Below, in pieces: positions 14,866 to 24,497 of a stretch of DNA of 32,000 bases (position 1 is its first letter; every line of letters starts with the position of its first letter). The DNA comes from Thermoproteales archaeon (GTDB lineage Archaea; Thermoproteota; Thermoprotei; Thermoproteales; Thermocladiaceae): contig JALWFJ010000069.1 of the NCBI GenBank assembly GCA_027036495.1, positions 72,669-104,668 on the forward strand, given 5' to 3'. The notes under the pieces were generated by a model, which saw nothing but the letters and a program-made list of their open reading frames with translations, did no database searches and was not told the DNA's origin. Both the position numbers and the translations under genes were made by a program.

Positions 14866-17361
14866 TTACGTAACATACTTAATGGATAGTTCTCTCTCGC
14901 CGTTTCTTCTTGTAACTTCAATTAGCTCCGTTGGGATTTCTGTCTTTTTTGCTTCTTCTATTATCATTTCTATGAAATCTCTGCTCTGAGATGTTATGAT
15001 TAGTTGCGATACTAACTTCTCCTCTATTAGCTTTGTGATAAGGTTAGAGAATGCCTTCTTAACCTCAACATCTACGTAAGGGAGAGGTTCATCCATTATT
15101 ATGAAGTCTACGTTATGATTAGCGATAACGTATACTGATATCATGAATGCAAGTGCTATTGTGAGTCTCTGCCCATCGCTGAGTCTAGAGATGGGTACCT
15201 TCTTTCCCCCTCTCCTGATGCCATACAGCATGTACTCACTTATTGTTACACCAAGTCTCTCTCTAGTTACTACATCTATTGTTGCTCCAACAAGATCAGG
15301 ATATGGGTATATCATTCTGAAGTACTCTCCTATAAGACCCCTAACCTTCTCTAACATCTTTTCTCGCATCTTTACCTGAACTCTCTTCAAGGCTCCACGT
15401 ATCTCGTTTAGCTTTCTGTAAAGATCTTCCAGAGCTAACACCCTTTTTCTAAGCTCCTCAACAGTCTCAACGGGAATCGAGGAGAGCACTCTTTCAAGCT
15501 CTGCGTACTCTATAGACAAAGAGTTAAGTTTCTCTCTGACCTGTTCTAGCTTCCTCTCTATCTCTGAGATCTCTCTTTCTAGGTCAATTACAGCTTCGAG
15601 GTTTACTCCTCTCTCCCTCAGGAGCTTTTCAAGCTCTTTTTCTCTTAGAAGGAGCTCCCTGTATCGCTTAATCTTCTTAAGAACTTCAAGCTTCTGCTCT
15701 ATCTGGTCTATCTTCGATCTAGCTTCATCTATTACGAATCTCAACATCTGTATTCTCTTCTCTATCACTCTTACTCCTTTCTGAGCAGTCTCCAACCTTG
15801 ATAGTGCTTGACTATACTGTTCTCTTACTGTTCTAAGCTTCATTAAGTTATTTTCGTACTCCTCCTCTAGTGGTCTCAGACTCTCTAACTTAATGAGTAT
15901 CTTTTCTAATTCTGTCATTCTCGTCTTTAAATTCTCTATTTCTTTCAATATATTGCTGTACTTTATCTCAATATCCCTAATCGATTCTTTTATATTTTCT
16001 ATATCGCTCTCGCTCAGCTCTCTCATACATATTGGACATCTCTTAAGGCCAAGTCTCACTATGTTCTCATACACCTTAAGGACATTTAGTGTGAGTTCTA
16101 GTTGTCTCTCCTTCTCCTCTAGTTTCAGATTTAGCTCACTTAGCTCTCTCCTTATCTTCTCAGGAGACCCATATCTCCTCACTAGATCGAGATACTCTCT
16201 ATGTATTGCCTCGAGTTCTCTTACTCGTCGTTCAAGCAGAGACTTCTGAGACTCCAGTGTTGTAATCTCTCTCCTTAGATCGTCTATCAACTTTGCCAAG
16301 TTTTCCTGCTCCTCTTTCAGTCTGCTCAACATTGACTCAAGTGACTCAACTATGTTGTATATCTTGAGTGCAGACTCCTCAAGGTTCTCTGTCGTTATCT
16401 CAAGCCTCGCTAGCTCTTCAGCTTCCTTTGAGAGAGCTAACTCCTCGAGTTTAGGGACGAGAAAACTTCGAAGCAGGTCAAGCTCAACTTGTAGACTTGT
16501 CTCTGATACGTCGGATTCTCTCTCTGCGAGTTCTTCTTCGAGCCTCTCTCTTTCTGACTTTACTCTAAGATATTCTAGATATACCTTTTCTAGGTCTCTA
16601 AACGCAGTCAGAGCTCTTTTTCTGTTCTCTACTAGCTGCATGTATCTTCTTGTTAGTTCGTCCTCCAACTTTCGAAGTTCCTCTATCTCCTTTCTATACT
16701 GCTCGAGAATTTTTCTAGCATTCTCAAGAGACCCGTATCTTGATACTACCTCAGGTATCTCCTTAAAGGCTGCAAGCTTCCTCTTCTCTTCTTCTAGTAT
16801 CTCCTCAATCTTCCTTATAGGTATGGCCTTATAGAGCTCCTCCACGACGTCTATACCGAATAGCCTGTCTATGGTCAAGCTCCTCTTAGCTGACGTACCA
16901 TACACTAGTCCTTCAAGGACTCTATGCGTCACGAGAACGAAACGTGTAAAGTCATCTTCGTCTAACCTCAGGAGCTCCACGACTCTAGACGTGACTTCTC
17001 TTGGCGTGGATGCGAGCTTCTTTCCGCGAAATATGAGCTCAGCCGAGATCTCTCGAGCAGAGTCTCCTGCTCTTCTCAGGGCTCGGGCCACTTGAAGTGT
17101 TCCCTCGGTGCTTTCTAGAGTTAATCTTACTCGCGCTTCATGTTCTTCCTCATTTATGAGGTCTACAAGTTTTGCTATTCTCTCTCTAATCTCGAGCTGT
17201 TGTCCAAATAGTGCGTACTCTACTGCCTGTACTATGCTAGACTTTCCGGCTCCTACTGGTCCATATATTGTCACTATTGGTCTATCTAGAGGTATCACGT
17301 GTGTACCTCTGAACCCCCTGAAGTTGACTATCTCTAGCTGCTTAATTCTGAATCTGGGCAT
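14866..17361 (-). CDS. SMC/Rad50-like coiled-coil ATPase of the crenactin cluster (arcadin-4-like)
   Basis: The product is about 831 aa from ATG 17361 (the track start at 17364 is a TTG). It has Walker A GPVGAGKSS, roughly 600 aa of heptad coiled coil, a central CPIC (aa 443-446), an ABC signature-like LSDGQR, and Walker B FIIMDEP. It is the last gene of the operon containing crenactin. Confidence 0.8.
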   Translation of the reverse strand: MPRFRIKQLEIVNFRGFRGTHVIPLDRPIVTIYGPVGAGKSSIVQAVEYALFGQQLEIRERIAKLVDLINEEEHEARVRLTLESTEGTLQVARALRRAGDSAREISAELIFRGKKLASTPREVTSRVVELLRLDEDDFTRFVLVTHRVLEGLVYGTSAKRSLTIDRLFGIDVVEELYKAIPIRKIEEILEEEKRKLAAFKEIPEVVSRYGSLENARKILEQYRKEIEELRKLEDELTRRYMQLVENRKRALTAFRDLEKVYLEYLRVKSERERLEEELAERESDVSETSLQVELDLLRSFLVPKLEELALSKEAEELARLEITTENLEESALKIYNIVESLESMLSRLKEEQENLAKLIDDLRREITTLESQKSLLERRVRELEAIHREYLDLVRRYGSPEKIRRELSELNLKLEEKERQLELTLNVLKVYENIVRLGLKRCPICMRELSESDIENIKESIRDIEIKYSNILKEIENLKTRMTELEKILIKLESLRPLEEEYENNLMKLRTVREQYSQALSRLETAQKGVRVIEKRIQMLRFVIDEARSKIDQIEQKLEVLKKIKRYRELLLREKELEKLLRERGVNLEAVIDLEREISEIERKLEQVREKLNSLSIEYAELERVLSSIPVETVEELRKRVLALEDLYRKLNEIRGALKRVQVKMREKMLEKVRGLIGEYFRMIYPYPDLVGATIDVVTRERLGVTISEYMLYGIRRGGKKVPISRLSDGQRLTIALAFMISVYVIANHNVDFIIMDEPLPYVDVEVKKAFSNLITKLIEEKLVSQLIITSQSRDFIEMIIEEAKKTEIPTELIEVTRRNGERELSIKYVT

Positions 17362-17364
17362 CAA

Positions 17365-17541
17365 TTACTCGGTTACTTGTACTCCTAGGTTTCTCAAAAT
17401 ATCGTAGATAGTCTCCTTGACCTTCTTTGAGCCGCCCTCTCGGTATGCAGTATACAGCTTCACCGCGAGATCGTAAGTCTCGTTATCTCTTAATTCCTGT
17501 CTCAGTAGCTCAAGTACTACCTTGTCAGTCTCCGTAGCCAC
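17365..17541 (-). CDS. Small helical protein, 58 aa, GTG start (arcadin-3 position in the cluster)
   Basis: It is absent from the ORF track, apparently because it falls below the length cutoff. My translation is (M)ATETDKVVLELLRQELRDNETYDLAVKLYTAYREGGSKKVKETIYDILRNLGVQVTE. The start lies 8 nt after the upstream stop, and the stop TAA lies 3 nt before the ATG of the SMC-like gene. Composition is purine-rich and coding-like, and the frame is closed upstream at 17566-17568. Confidence 0.55.
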   Translation of the reverse strand: MATETDKVVLELLRQELRDNETYDLAVKLYTAYREGGSKKVKETIYDILRNLGVQVTE

Positions 17542-17549
17542 GAGGTAGC

Positions 17550-18356
17550 TTAGCTTTGAGTCTCTTTAGCCTTCTGTCTAAGTATTGATACCCACGGGTT
17601 ATCACGGAGAAATTCTGGGAGCTCCTCATGCGTCTCTTTCTCCTTCGAGATCTCTTGCCTGAGAGTGACAGTTTCAGTACGAGCCTTAGGTGAGATAGTT
17701 ATCTCTTTCCCATATTGTGCCTCTAGGAGTGCTATCTTGTCACTTAGACGAGCAAGATCTAGCTTTAATCTATCAACAACCTCCCAGAGACGTTCAATCT
17801 CTCTCTGAATTCTCTCAATCATTGACCCTCTGCTGGGAGTTTCGGAACTTTTCTCAAGACTTTTCTCAAGAGCTGCAACCTTCTCCTTAATATTTCTAAT
17901 ATCATTGAGGACTTTAGACAGTACCTCATTCACTACCTTTCTAACAATGTTGAATATGTAGCTCTCCATGTTTGTAGACTCCATGTATGTTCTCCGTATG
18001 CTTATTGGAGGAGACTTCACTCTTTCAATTACGGTCTCATGTTCATGGTCTACAACTAGAAGTCCTATGTCTGCTCTCTTTAGGAGTGTGCCGTCTACCA
18101 GGTCTGCAATGTTCTGCGGAACTGCTATGTATGCCTTGTTGTACTTGTCTCTAGCTCTGGCGAGCTCTGTAACTACTCTAACAAGCTCTTCGGGTTCGGC
18201 TAGTTCTGGGGGGAAGAATAGCTTTATGTACACGTCGTTGTCTCCTTCCTGAGCAATGATGTAGTCTCTTCCAGCCTCGACTACGGTTAGTCCTTGCTCT
18301 TTTATCCAGCGCTTAACTAGCTCTCTCGCTCTCTCTAGAGATAGTGGGCTATACAC
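17550..18356 (-). CDS. Crenactin-cluster protein (arcadin-2-like): N-terminal alpha/beta domain, coiled coil, C-terminal amphipathic tail
   Basis: The 268-aa ORF has a GTG start. Its position immediately downstream of crenactin matches my recollection of the arcade gene order. The central region is coiled coil (IERIQREIERLWEVVDRLKLDLARLSDKIALLEAQ). The C-terminus is EELPEFLRDNPWVSILRQKAKETQS. The assignment rests on position and architecture only. Confidence 0.5.
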   Translation of the reverse strand: MYSPLSLERARELVKRWIKEQGLTVVEAGRDYIIAQEGDNDVYIKLFFPPELAEPEELVRVVTELARARDKYNKAYIAVPQNIADLVDGTLLKRADIGLLVVDHEHETVIERVKSPPISIRRTYMESTNMESYIFNIVRKVVNEVLSKVLNDIRNIKEKVAALEKSLEKSSETPSRGSMIERIQREIERLWEVVDRLKLDLARLSDKIALLEAQYGKEITISPKARTETVTLRQEISKEKETHEELPEFLRDNPWVSILRQKAKETQS

Positions 18357-18428
18357 GTCTACCTTAGTAAGGTTGGCTTGCTCCTGGTGTTAGAAACTTA
18401 CTCTGAGACTTGCTCTACCTCTAGACTC

Positions 18429-20088
<1,660 letters not shown>

Positions 20089-20109
20089 TGGTAGATCATG
20101 GCGGTAATA

Positions 20110-20119
20110 CTTTAAAAAG
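20110..20119. promoter_or_regulatory. Shared TATA element (CTTTAAAAAG) between the arcade operon and albA
   Basis: The element lies about 27 nt from ATG 20088 on the minus strand and about 34 nt from ATG 20149 on the plus strand. Confidence 0.5.
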
Positions 20120-20148
20120 CGTACTGGCATCTAGGTGAACCGGTACAC

Positions 20149-20433
20149 ATGGCAGCACCTGAAGCAGTAATACTGGTAGGAAAGAAGCCAACAACAAACT
20201 ACGTCATAGCAACAGTGATGCAGTTCAACGCAGGAAGCAAGAGAGTAATACTAAAGGCGAGAGGAGCAGCCATTGCGAGAGCAGTAGCAACAGCAGTCAT
20301 GGTGCGAGACAGGTTCATGCCAGGGCTAGTAGAGGTTAAGGAGGTGAGACTACTAAGTGACAGAATATCAGCACAGGGAGGAAAAGAGAGATACGTAGCA
20401 GCAATAGAGATAGTACTCGAGAAGAAGTCATAG
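20149..20433 (+). CDS. albA: Chromatin protein Alba (Sac10b family)
   Basis: The 94-aa ORF has VLVGKKPTTNYVIATVMQFNAGSKRVILKARGAAIARAVATAVMVRDRF, which is typical Alba sequence and size. Confidence 0.9.
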   Translation: MAAPEAVILVGKKPTTNYVIATVMQFNAGSKRVILKARGAAIARAVATAVMVRDRFMPGLVEVKEVRLLSDRISAQGGKERYVAAIEIVLEKKS

Positions 20434-20743
20434 TAGCACGGCACGCACGTCACTACCGATAAAAACACAAGAGACAAACAAAGATTTCTTCAAGGGAGCA
20501 CAGCACGTAGGTAAGCCCTAAGATAGCTTTTTCTAACAGAACATCAATACGTACATCTCAACATCAGCTCCACTTCCCCATCCTGCGTTCACTTCTTTTA
20601 GTATAATGTTTTGAGAAGGTACGCGCATACTTTACACAATTTAGCCTCGACTTAACCATACCCAAGCCTGTTTATCTGCCTCTATGATAGACGTCACACT
20701 TTTATACTAGAAGTATCCTTAGCGTTTTTCTCAGAGTTCTACT

Positions 20744-21130
20744 ATGTCTACATATGTGTCCTTTAAGGGGTATGTCCTTAGTAAGGCCATAACATATGAC
20801 GTAATGGGTAACAAGCTCATAAAGATAGACATTGTTGAGGAAAGAGAGTTACCGGGACCAATAATAGCAGGAAGCGATGAGATGACTAGAATTGCACGTG
20901 AAGTCATGCCTCTTGTACAACAGCTCCTGAGGTCTGTCCCAATACCTGGAGTCTCTATATCATCTGGTAAGCTCCCGATACCGCGAATCTCGCTATGGCT
21001 AACGGAGGAGGAGGCGGAGATTTTAGGGAGGGTTGATGTTGGAGACTATGTTGAGGTTAAGATTTGGGAGGGGAGAATTGAAATTAGAAAAACTGAACCG
21101 GAGGAGTCGGAAACTACTAGTACTCAGTAG
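20744..21130 (+). CDS. Hypothetical protein with AbrB/SpoVT-like C-terminal segment
   Basis: The 128-aa ORF has a C-terminal LWLTEEEAEILGRVDVGDYVEVKIWEGRIEIRK. This resembles the swapped-hairpin AbrB/MazE pattern (..LG...GD.VE......G.I.I.K). I do not recognise the N-terminal 80 aa. Confidence 0.45.
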   Translation: MSTYVSFKGYVLSKAITYDVMGNKLIKIDIVEERELPGPIIAGSDEMTRIAREVMPLVQQLLRSVPIPGVSISSGKLPIPRISLWLTEEEAEILGRVDVGDYVEVKIWEGRIEIRKTEPEESETTSTQ

Positions 21131-21482
21131 CAAAATTAAACTCCCTCTCTAATCTTTGAAGCTCGGGTACTCTGATCTCTACCCTCTTACCGCTTGGCAG
21201 AGTTCTCACGACCACGAAGGGCAACTTGCCTTGTTTTAGCTCCTCAAGCGCTATAATTATTGGGTCATAAGTACCTATGTTGGAGGTATCTATCATTGGC
21301 TTTGCTCCCATTGCTAGTTGCTTAGCACGTGCAGCAACAATTCTCGCAATTTCGTACTTAGTTAATCTTGGAGGATAGGGTAGTCTTCCCTTCTCTAAGG
21401 ACTCTATCAGCTCCTGTATGGTTTGGGGATGTACTTTCTCCAGACTGAAGGACATAGTCTTGGTCTTTTCTCGAACAGACAT
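21117..21482 (-). CDS. rpo6: DNA-directed RNA polymerase subunit Rpo6 (RpoK/omega)
   Basis: The 121-aa ORF has the core LTKYEIARIVAARAKQLAMGAKPMID...DPIIIALEELKQGKLPFVVVRTLPSGK, which is the Rpo6/RPB6 signature. It also has an N-terminal extension of about 35 aa. Its 3' end overlaps the convergent gene by 14 nt. Confidence 0.85.
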   Translation of the reverse strand: MSVREKTKTMSFSLEKVHPQTIQELIESLEKGRLPYPPRLTKYEIARIVAARAKQLAMGAKPMIDTSNIGTYDPIIIALEELKQGKLPFVVVRTLPSGKRVEIRVPELQRLEREFNFATEY

Positions 21483-21617
21483 GGTCCGAAACCGTGGTTA
21501 ATGAAGTGAGGAGGTCTTTTAATACCTTGCAGGAATTAAAGTTAGATTTACCAAGAGAGTAGTTTGCTGCTTTGTTCAGGTTGAGAGAATATATTTTGAG
21601 TTATGAACTAAGTGTTG

Positions 21618-23264
21618 TTACTCTTTCTTCTCCTCTTCTTCTGCTGTCCCTGTCTTCCTAGTCTTGCCTTCACCCTTGGATGGTGCTGCCGCTATTATAT
21701 CATCTATTCTCAGTATCATTATTGCCGCTTCCGTAGCTGCTCTTATGACGTTCTTCTTCACTAGGAGTGGATCAACTACGTTGAGCTTGAACATGTTGTC
21801 TATCTTGCATCCTAACACGTCTACTCCTGCATCAATTTCTCCTGCATCATGTCTCTTCCTTAGCTCTGCAATTGCATCTACCGGATCTAGTCCTGCTGTC
21901 ATTGCTAGGATTGTTGGTATTGACTCCAGAGCCTCGGCAAACTTGAGTGCTGCTAACTGCTCCTTTCCTGGCAGGGTCTTCCTAGCCCACTCTCTTATTC
22001 TTCTTGCTAGTTCTATCTCGAATGCTCCTCCTCCAGGTACAACCTTTGGCTCTCTGTATAGGTCTCTTACTACGTGTAGTGCGTCCTGTATGCTTCTCTC
22101 AGTCTCGTCTAGTATTCTATCAGCTGCACCTCTGACAAGTATGGTTACGGCTCTCGGGTTTGGACAGCCCTCAATGAACACCATCTTCTCCTCGCCAACC
22201 TTTCTCTCCTCAACTAGCTTGGCCGTTCCAAGATCCTCTGGTCTTATCTCTCTCAGACTCGTGATGATCTTCGCTCCTGTTGCTCTGGCGACCTTCTCTA
22301 TGTCGCTTCTCTTTACTCTTCTCACAGCCAGTATTCCAGCCTTAGCAAGGTAGTGCTGAGCTATCTCGTCAATGCCCTTCTGGCATATGACTACGTTCGC
22401 TCCTATCTCCTTGAGCTTGTCTATGTATCCTTTCAGTATCTTTGCCTCTTCATCTAGGAATGCCTTGATCTGCTCTGGCGATGTTACCTGTATCTTAGTG
22501 CTCCACTCAGGCTTCTCGATCTCTAGTGGACAGTCAAGTACTGCTATCTTTGCGTTCTCTACTCTCTTTGGCATTCCCGGGTGCACCACCTCCTTGTCCA
22601 GTACTATACCATCAATTAGCTGCGTCTCGAACAGTGACTTTCCTCGCTTCTTCTCAATCTTTATCCAGTCTAGGTCTAGGTAGTACTGTCCATCTCTAAC
22701 CTCTACAGCTTTCTGGCAAGCCTCTACTACTATCTTAGCTAGATACTCTCTTGCCTCTGCCACTACCTTGCTACTAAGTGCGTTCATTGCTACTCTTATG
22801 AGCTCCTCCTTGTTGTTGATATCTACAGGTCTTGCAATCTCCTCTGCAAGCTTCAGCGCGTAGTCTGCAGTCTTCTTGTAGCCTGAGATTATTATTGTCG
22901 GGTGAATGCCCTCATCTAGCAAGCTCTCAGCAGCCTCTAGGAGCTTTCCAGCAAGCACCACTGCGGTGGTTGTTCCATCACCTACCTCTGCATCCACGGC
23001 CTTTGCTACCTCTATCAGCAGCTTTGCTGCTGGGTGCTGTACCTCCATCTCCTTGAGTATTGTTGCTCCATCGCCTGTGATTGTCACATCTCCGAAGGCG
23101 TCGATCAGGAGCTTGTCCATTCCTCTAGGACCAAGGCTTGTCTGAAGGATCTCTGAGATCACCTTTGCAGCCATTATGTTGCTTCTTCTTGCGTCAGTTC
23201 CCGTGGTTCTCTGTGTGCCTTCCTTTAGGATCAGTACTGGTAGTCTCGCAGTTCTCTCGCTCAT
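21618..23264 (-). CDS. ths: Thermosome subunit (group II chaperonin)
   Basis: Motifs present are [29 protein letters not shown] and VPGGGAFE. I moved the start to ATG 23264 ([16 protein letters not shown]) because a TATA box lies about 33 nt upstream of it. Confidence 0.9.
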   Translation of the reverse strand: MSERTARLPVLILKEGTQRTTGTDARRSNIMAAKVISEILQTSLGPRGMDKLLIDAFGDVTITGDGATILKEMEVQHPAAKLLIEVAKAVDAEVGDGTTTAVVLAGKLLEAAESLLDEGIHPTIIISGYKKTADYALKLAEEIARPVDINNKEELIRVAMNALSSKVVAEAREYLAKIVVEACQKAVEVRDGQYYLDLDWIKIEKKRGKSLFETQLIDGIVLDKEVVHPGMPKRVENAKIAVLDCPLEIEKPEWSTKIQVTSPEQIKAFLDEEAKILKGYIDKLKEIGANVVICQKGIDEIAQHYLAKAGILAVRRVKRSDIEKVARATGAKIITSLREIRPEDLGTAKLVEERKVGEEKMVFIEGCPNPRAVTILVRGAADRILDETERSIQDALHVVRDLYREPKVVPGGGAFEIELARRIREWARKTLPGKEQLAALKFAEALESIPTILAMTAGLDPVDAIAELRKRHDAGEIDAGVDVLGCKIDNMFKLNVVDPLLVKKNVIRAATEAAIMILRIDDIIAAAPSKGEGKTRKTGTAEEEEKKE

Positions 23265-23292
23265 GTTCTTCGCGTGTACTTTTACCCCACTT

Positions 23293-23302
23293 CTATATAA
23301 AT
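23293..23302 (-). promoter_or_regulatory. TATA box (minus-strand ATTTATATAG) for the thermosome gene
   Basis: The plus strand reads ctatataaat at 23293-23302, about 33 nt upstream of ATG 23264. It falls inside the track's longer ORF version, which argues against that longer version. Confidence 0.5.
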
Positions 23303-23357
23303 CTTTCTGTACGTGCCTCAATGCTAAAGTACCACGTCCCCGGACTCAGATAGAGTC

Positions 23358-23852
23358 ATGAGGACGCGCACCGAGAGAATACTAGAGTCTCTAGTTCTTC
23401 TCACAGTGCTATCTCTGCTCATAATATCGGTGCTTTCAGCATTTCAGATACTGCCAGAGTACTGGGCCGCTGTGGGCAGCTACAGCATGGTGCCAACGCT
23501 CGAAATAGGAGACCTAGTTCTGCTACACCCATCTACATACAACTTGAAGACGCTTCTAGGAAAGATAATAGTGTACCATAGTCCGCTCGGAGAAGACATA
23601 ATTCATCGAGTAATAGAGGTAGAGGATAGCTATGTGAGAACTAAGGGGGATGCAAATCCTGTACCGGACCCGTTCCTAGTGAGGCCAGACGAGATAAGGG
23701 GAGTAGTCTACCTAGTGATACCCTATATAGGGTTCCCAACGGTCCTTTTTAAGGACCTAGGAACTAGCAGTGGGCCAGTCCTGCTACTCATTCTTGCAGT
23801 GTCTTACGCGATGTTGCTAGTGTTGTTGAGGTTGCTTCAGGCACACGACTAG
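23358..23852 (+). CDS. Signal peptidase I (archaeal Sec11/S26B type)
   Basis: The 164-aa ORF has an N-terminal TM helix, the Ser box SYSMVPTLEIGDLVLL, the His box IIHRVIEV, the TKGDAN box, and a C-terminal TM helix. Confidence 0.85.
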   Translation: MRTRTERILESLVLLTVLSLLIISVLSAFQILPEYWAAVGSYSMVPTLEIGDLVLLHPSTYNLKTLLGKIIVYHSPLGEDIIHRVIEVEDSYVRTKGDANPVPDPFLVRPDEIRGVVYLVIPYIGFPTVLFKDLGTSSGPVLLLILAVSYAMLLVLLRLLQAHD

Positions 23853-23888
23853 TTATCTATTTAGGCTATCTTACTCTAAACGAGCCAC

Positions 23889-24440
23889 ATGACTCTACAG
23901 GTAAAGAATGAGACCAGTGCTATAGAGGGAGAGGAGCTTGTCAGGGGAAAAGACGGAAGGGTGTTTAAGATAAGAGAATTCAGGCTAGGAGATCTTGACC
24001 GAGTGATATACATCAACAAGACCGTGCTTCCCGAGAACTATCCCCCTTACTTCTTTGTAGAGCATCACCTCACCTTTCCTAAAGCATTTCTTGTAGCGGA
24101 GCTAGAGGGTGAGATAGTCGGTTACGTCATGTGTAGAGTCGAGTATGGATGGTCATACATTAACCGAGGAGTGCCTGTGAGAAAGGGACACATAATCTCT
24201 ATAGGCGTCTTGCCTCATGCACGTAGAATAGGGATAGCCTACAACTTGCTGCTTCGTGCACTAAGAGTCCTCAAGCGAGTATATGACGCATCAGAGGTCT
24301 ACTTAGAGGTTAGAGTTTCAAATGCTCCTGCCATAGGTCTGTATAAGAAGCTTGGGTTTGTTCCTATAGAGGTGATACCCAAGTACTATCATGATGGTGA
24401 GGATGCATATCTAATGGCTCGCTCTCTGAGTGATATATAG
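23889..24440 (+). CDS. GNAT N-acetyltransferase, RimI/Ard1 (N-terminal acetyltransferase) type
   Basis: The 183-aa ORF has the acetyl-CoA loop VLPHARRIGIAYNLL, then EVRVSNAPAIGLYKKLGF and YYHDGEDAYLM. These are typical of the archaeal Ard1 family. Confidence 0.8.
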   Translation: MTLQVKNETSAIEGEELVRGKDGRVFKIREFRLGDLDRVIYINKTVLPENYPPYFFVEHHLTFPKAFLVAELEGEIVGYVMCRVEYGWSYINRGVPVRKGHIISIGVLPHARRIGIAYNLLLRALRVLKRVYDASEVYLEVRVSNAPAIGLYKKLGFVPIEVIPKYYHDGEDAYLMARSLSDI

Positions 24441-24497
24441 CTTAAGCAATTTAAAGTATCTTCAACATGTCTAGAGTTGAGGGGACGGAGCTATAGT

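Noticed and set aside
14866-17364. The 832-aa ATPase could be the genuine DNA-repair Rad50.
   Set aside because: There is no Mre11, HerA or NurA neighbour. The gene is translationally packed into the crenactin operon, and its signature motif is LSDGQR rather than LSGGE. The whole genome would be needed to confirm that a separate Rad50 exists.
15143-17407. Several plus-strand ORFs of 74-160 aa (for example 15893-16249 and 16352-16834) lie antisense to the SMC-like gene.
   Set aside because: Their products are Ser/Leu/Phe-rich and low-complexity. They are the mirror image of a Glu/Lys/Arg/Leu coiled-coil coding strand. They have no motifs or independent promoter spacing, and they lie wholly inside a well-supported gene.
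21664-23361. Plus-strand ORFs of up to 229 aa lie antisense to the thermosome gene.
   Set aside because: The reasoning is the same. Their composition is Ser/Ala/Leu/Pro-rich and they are nested inside a highly conserved chaperonin gene. Long open antisense frames are expected opposite purine-rich, GC3-biased genes.
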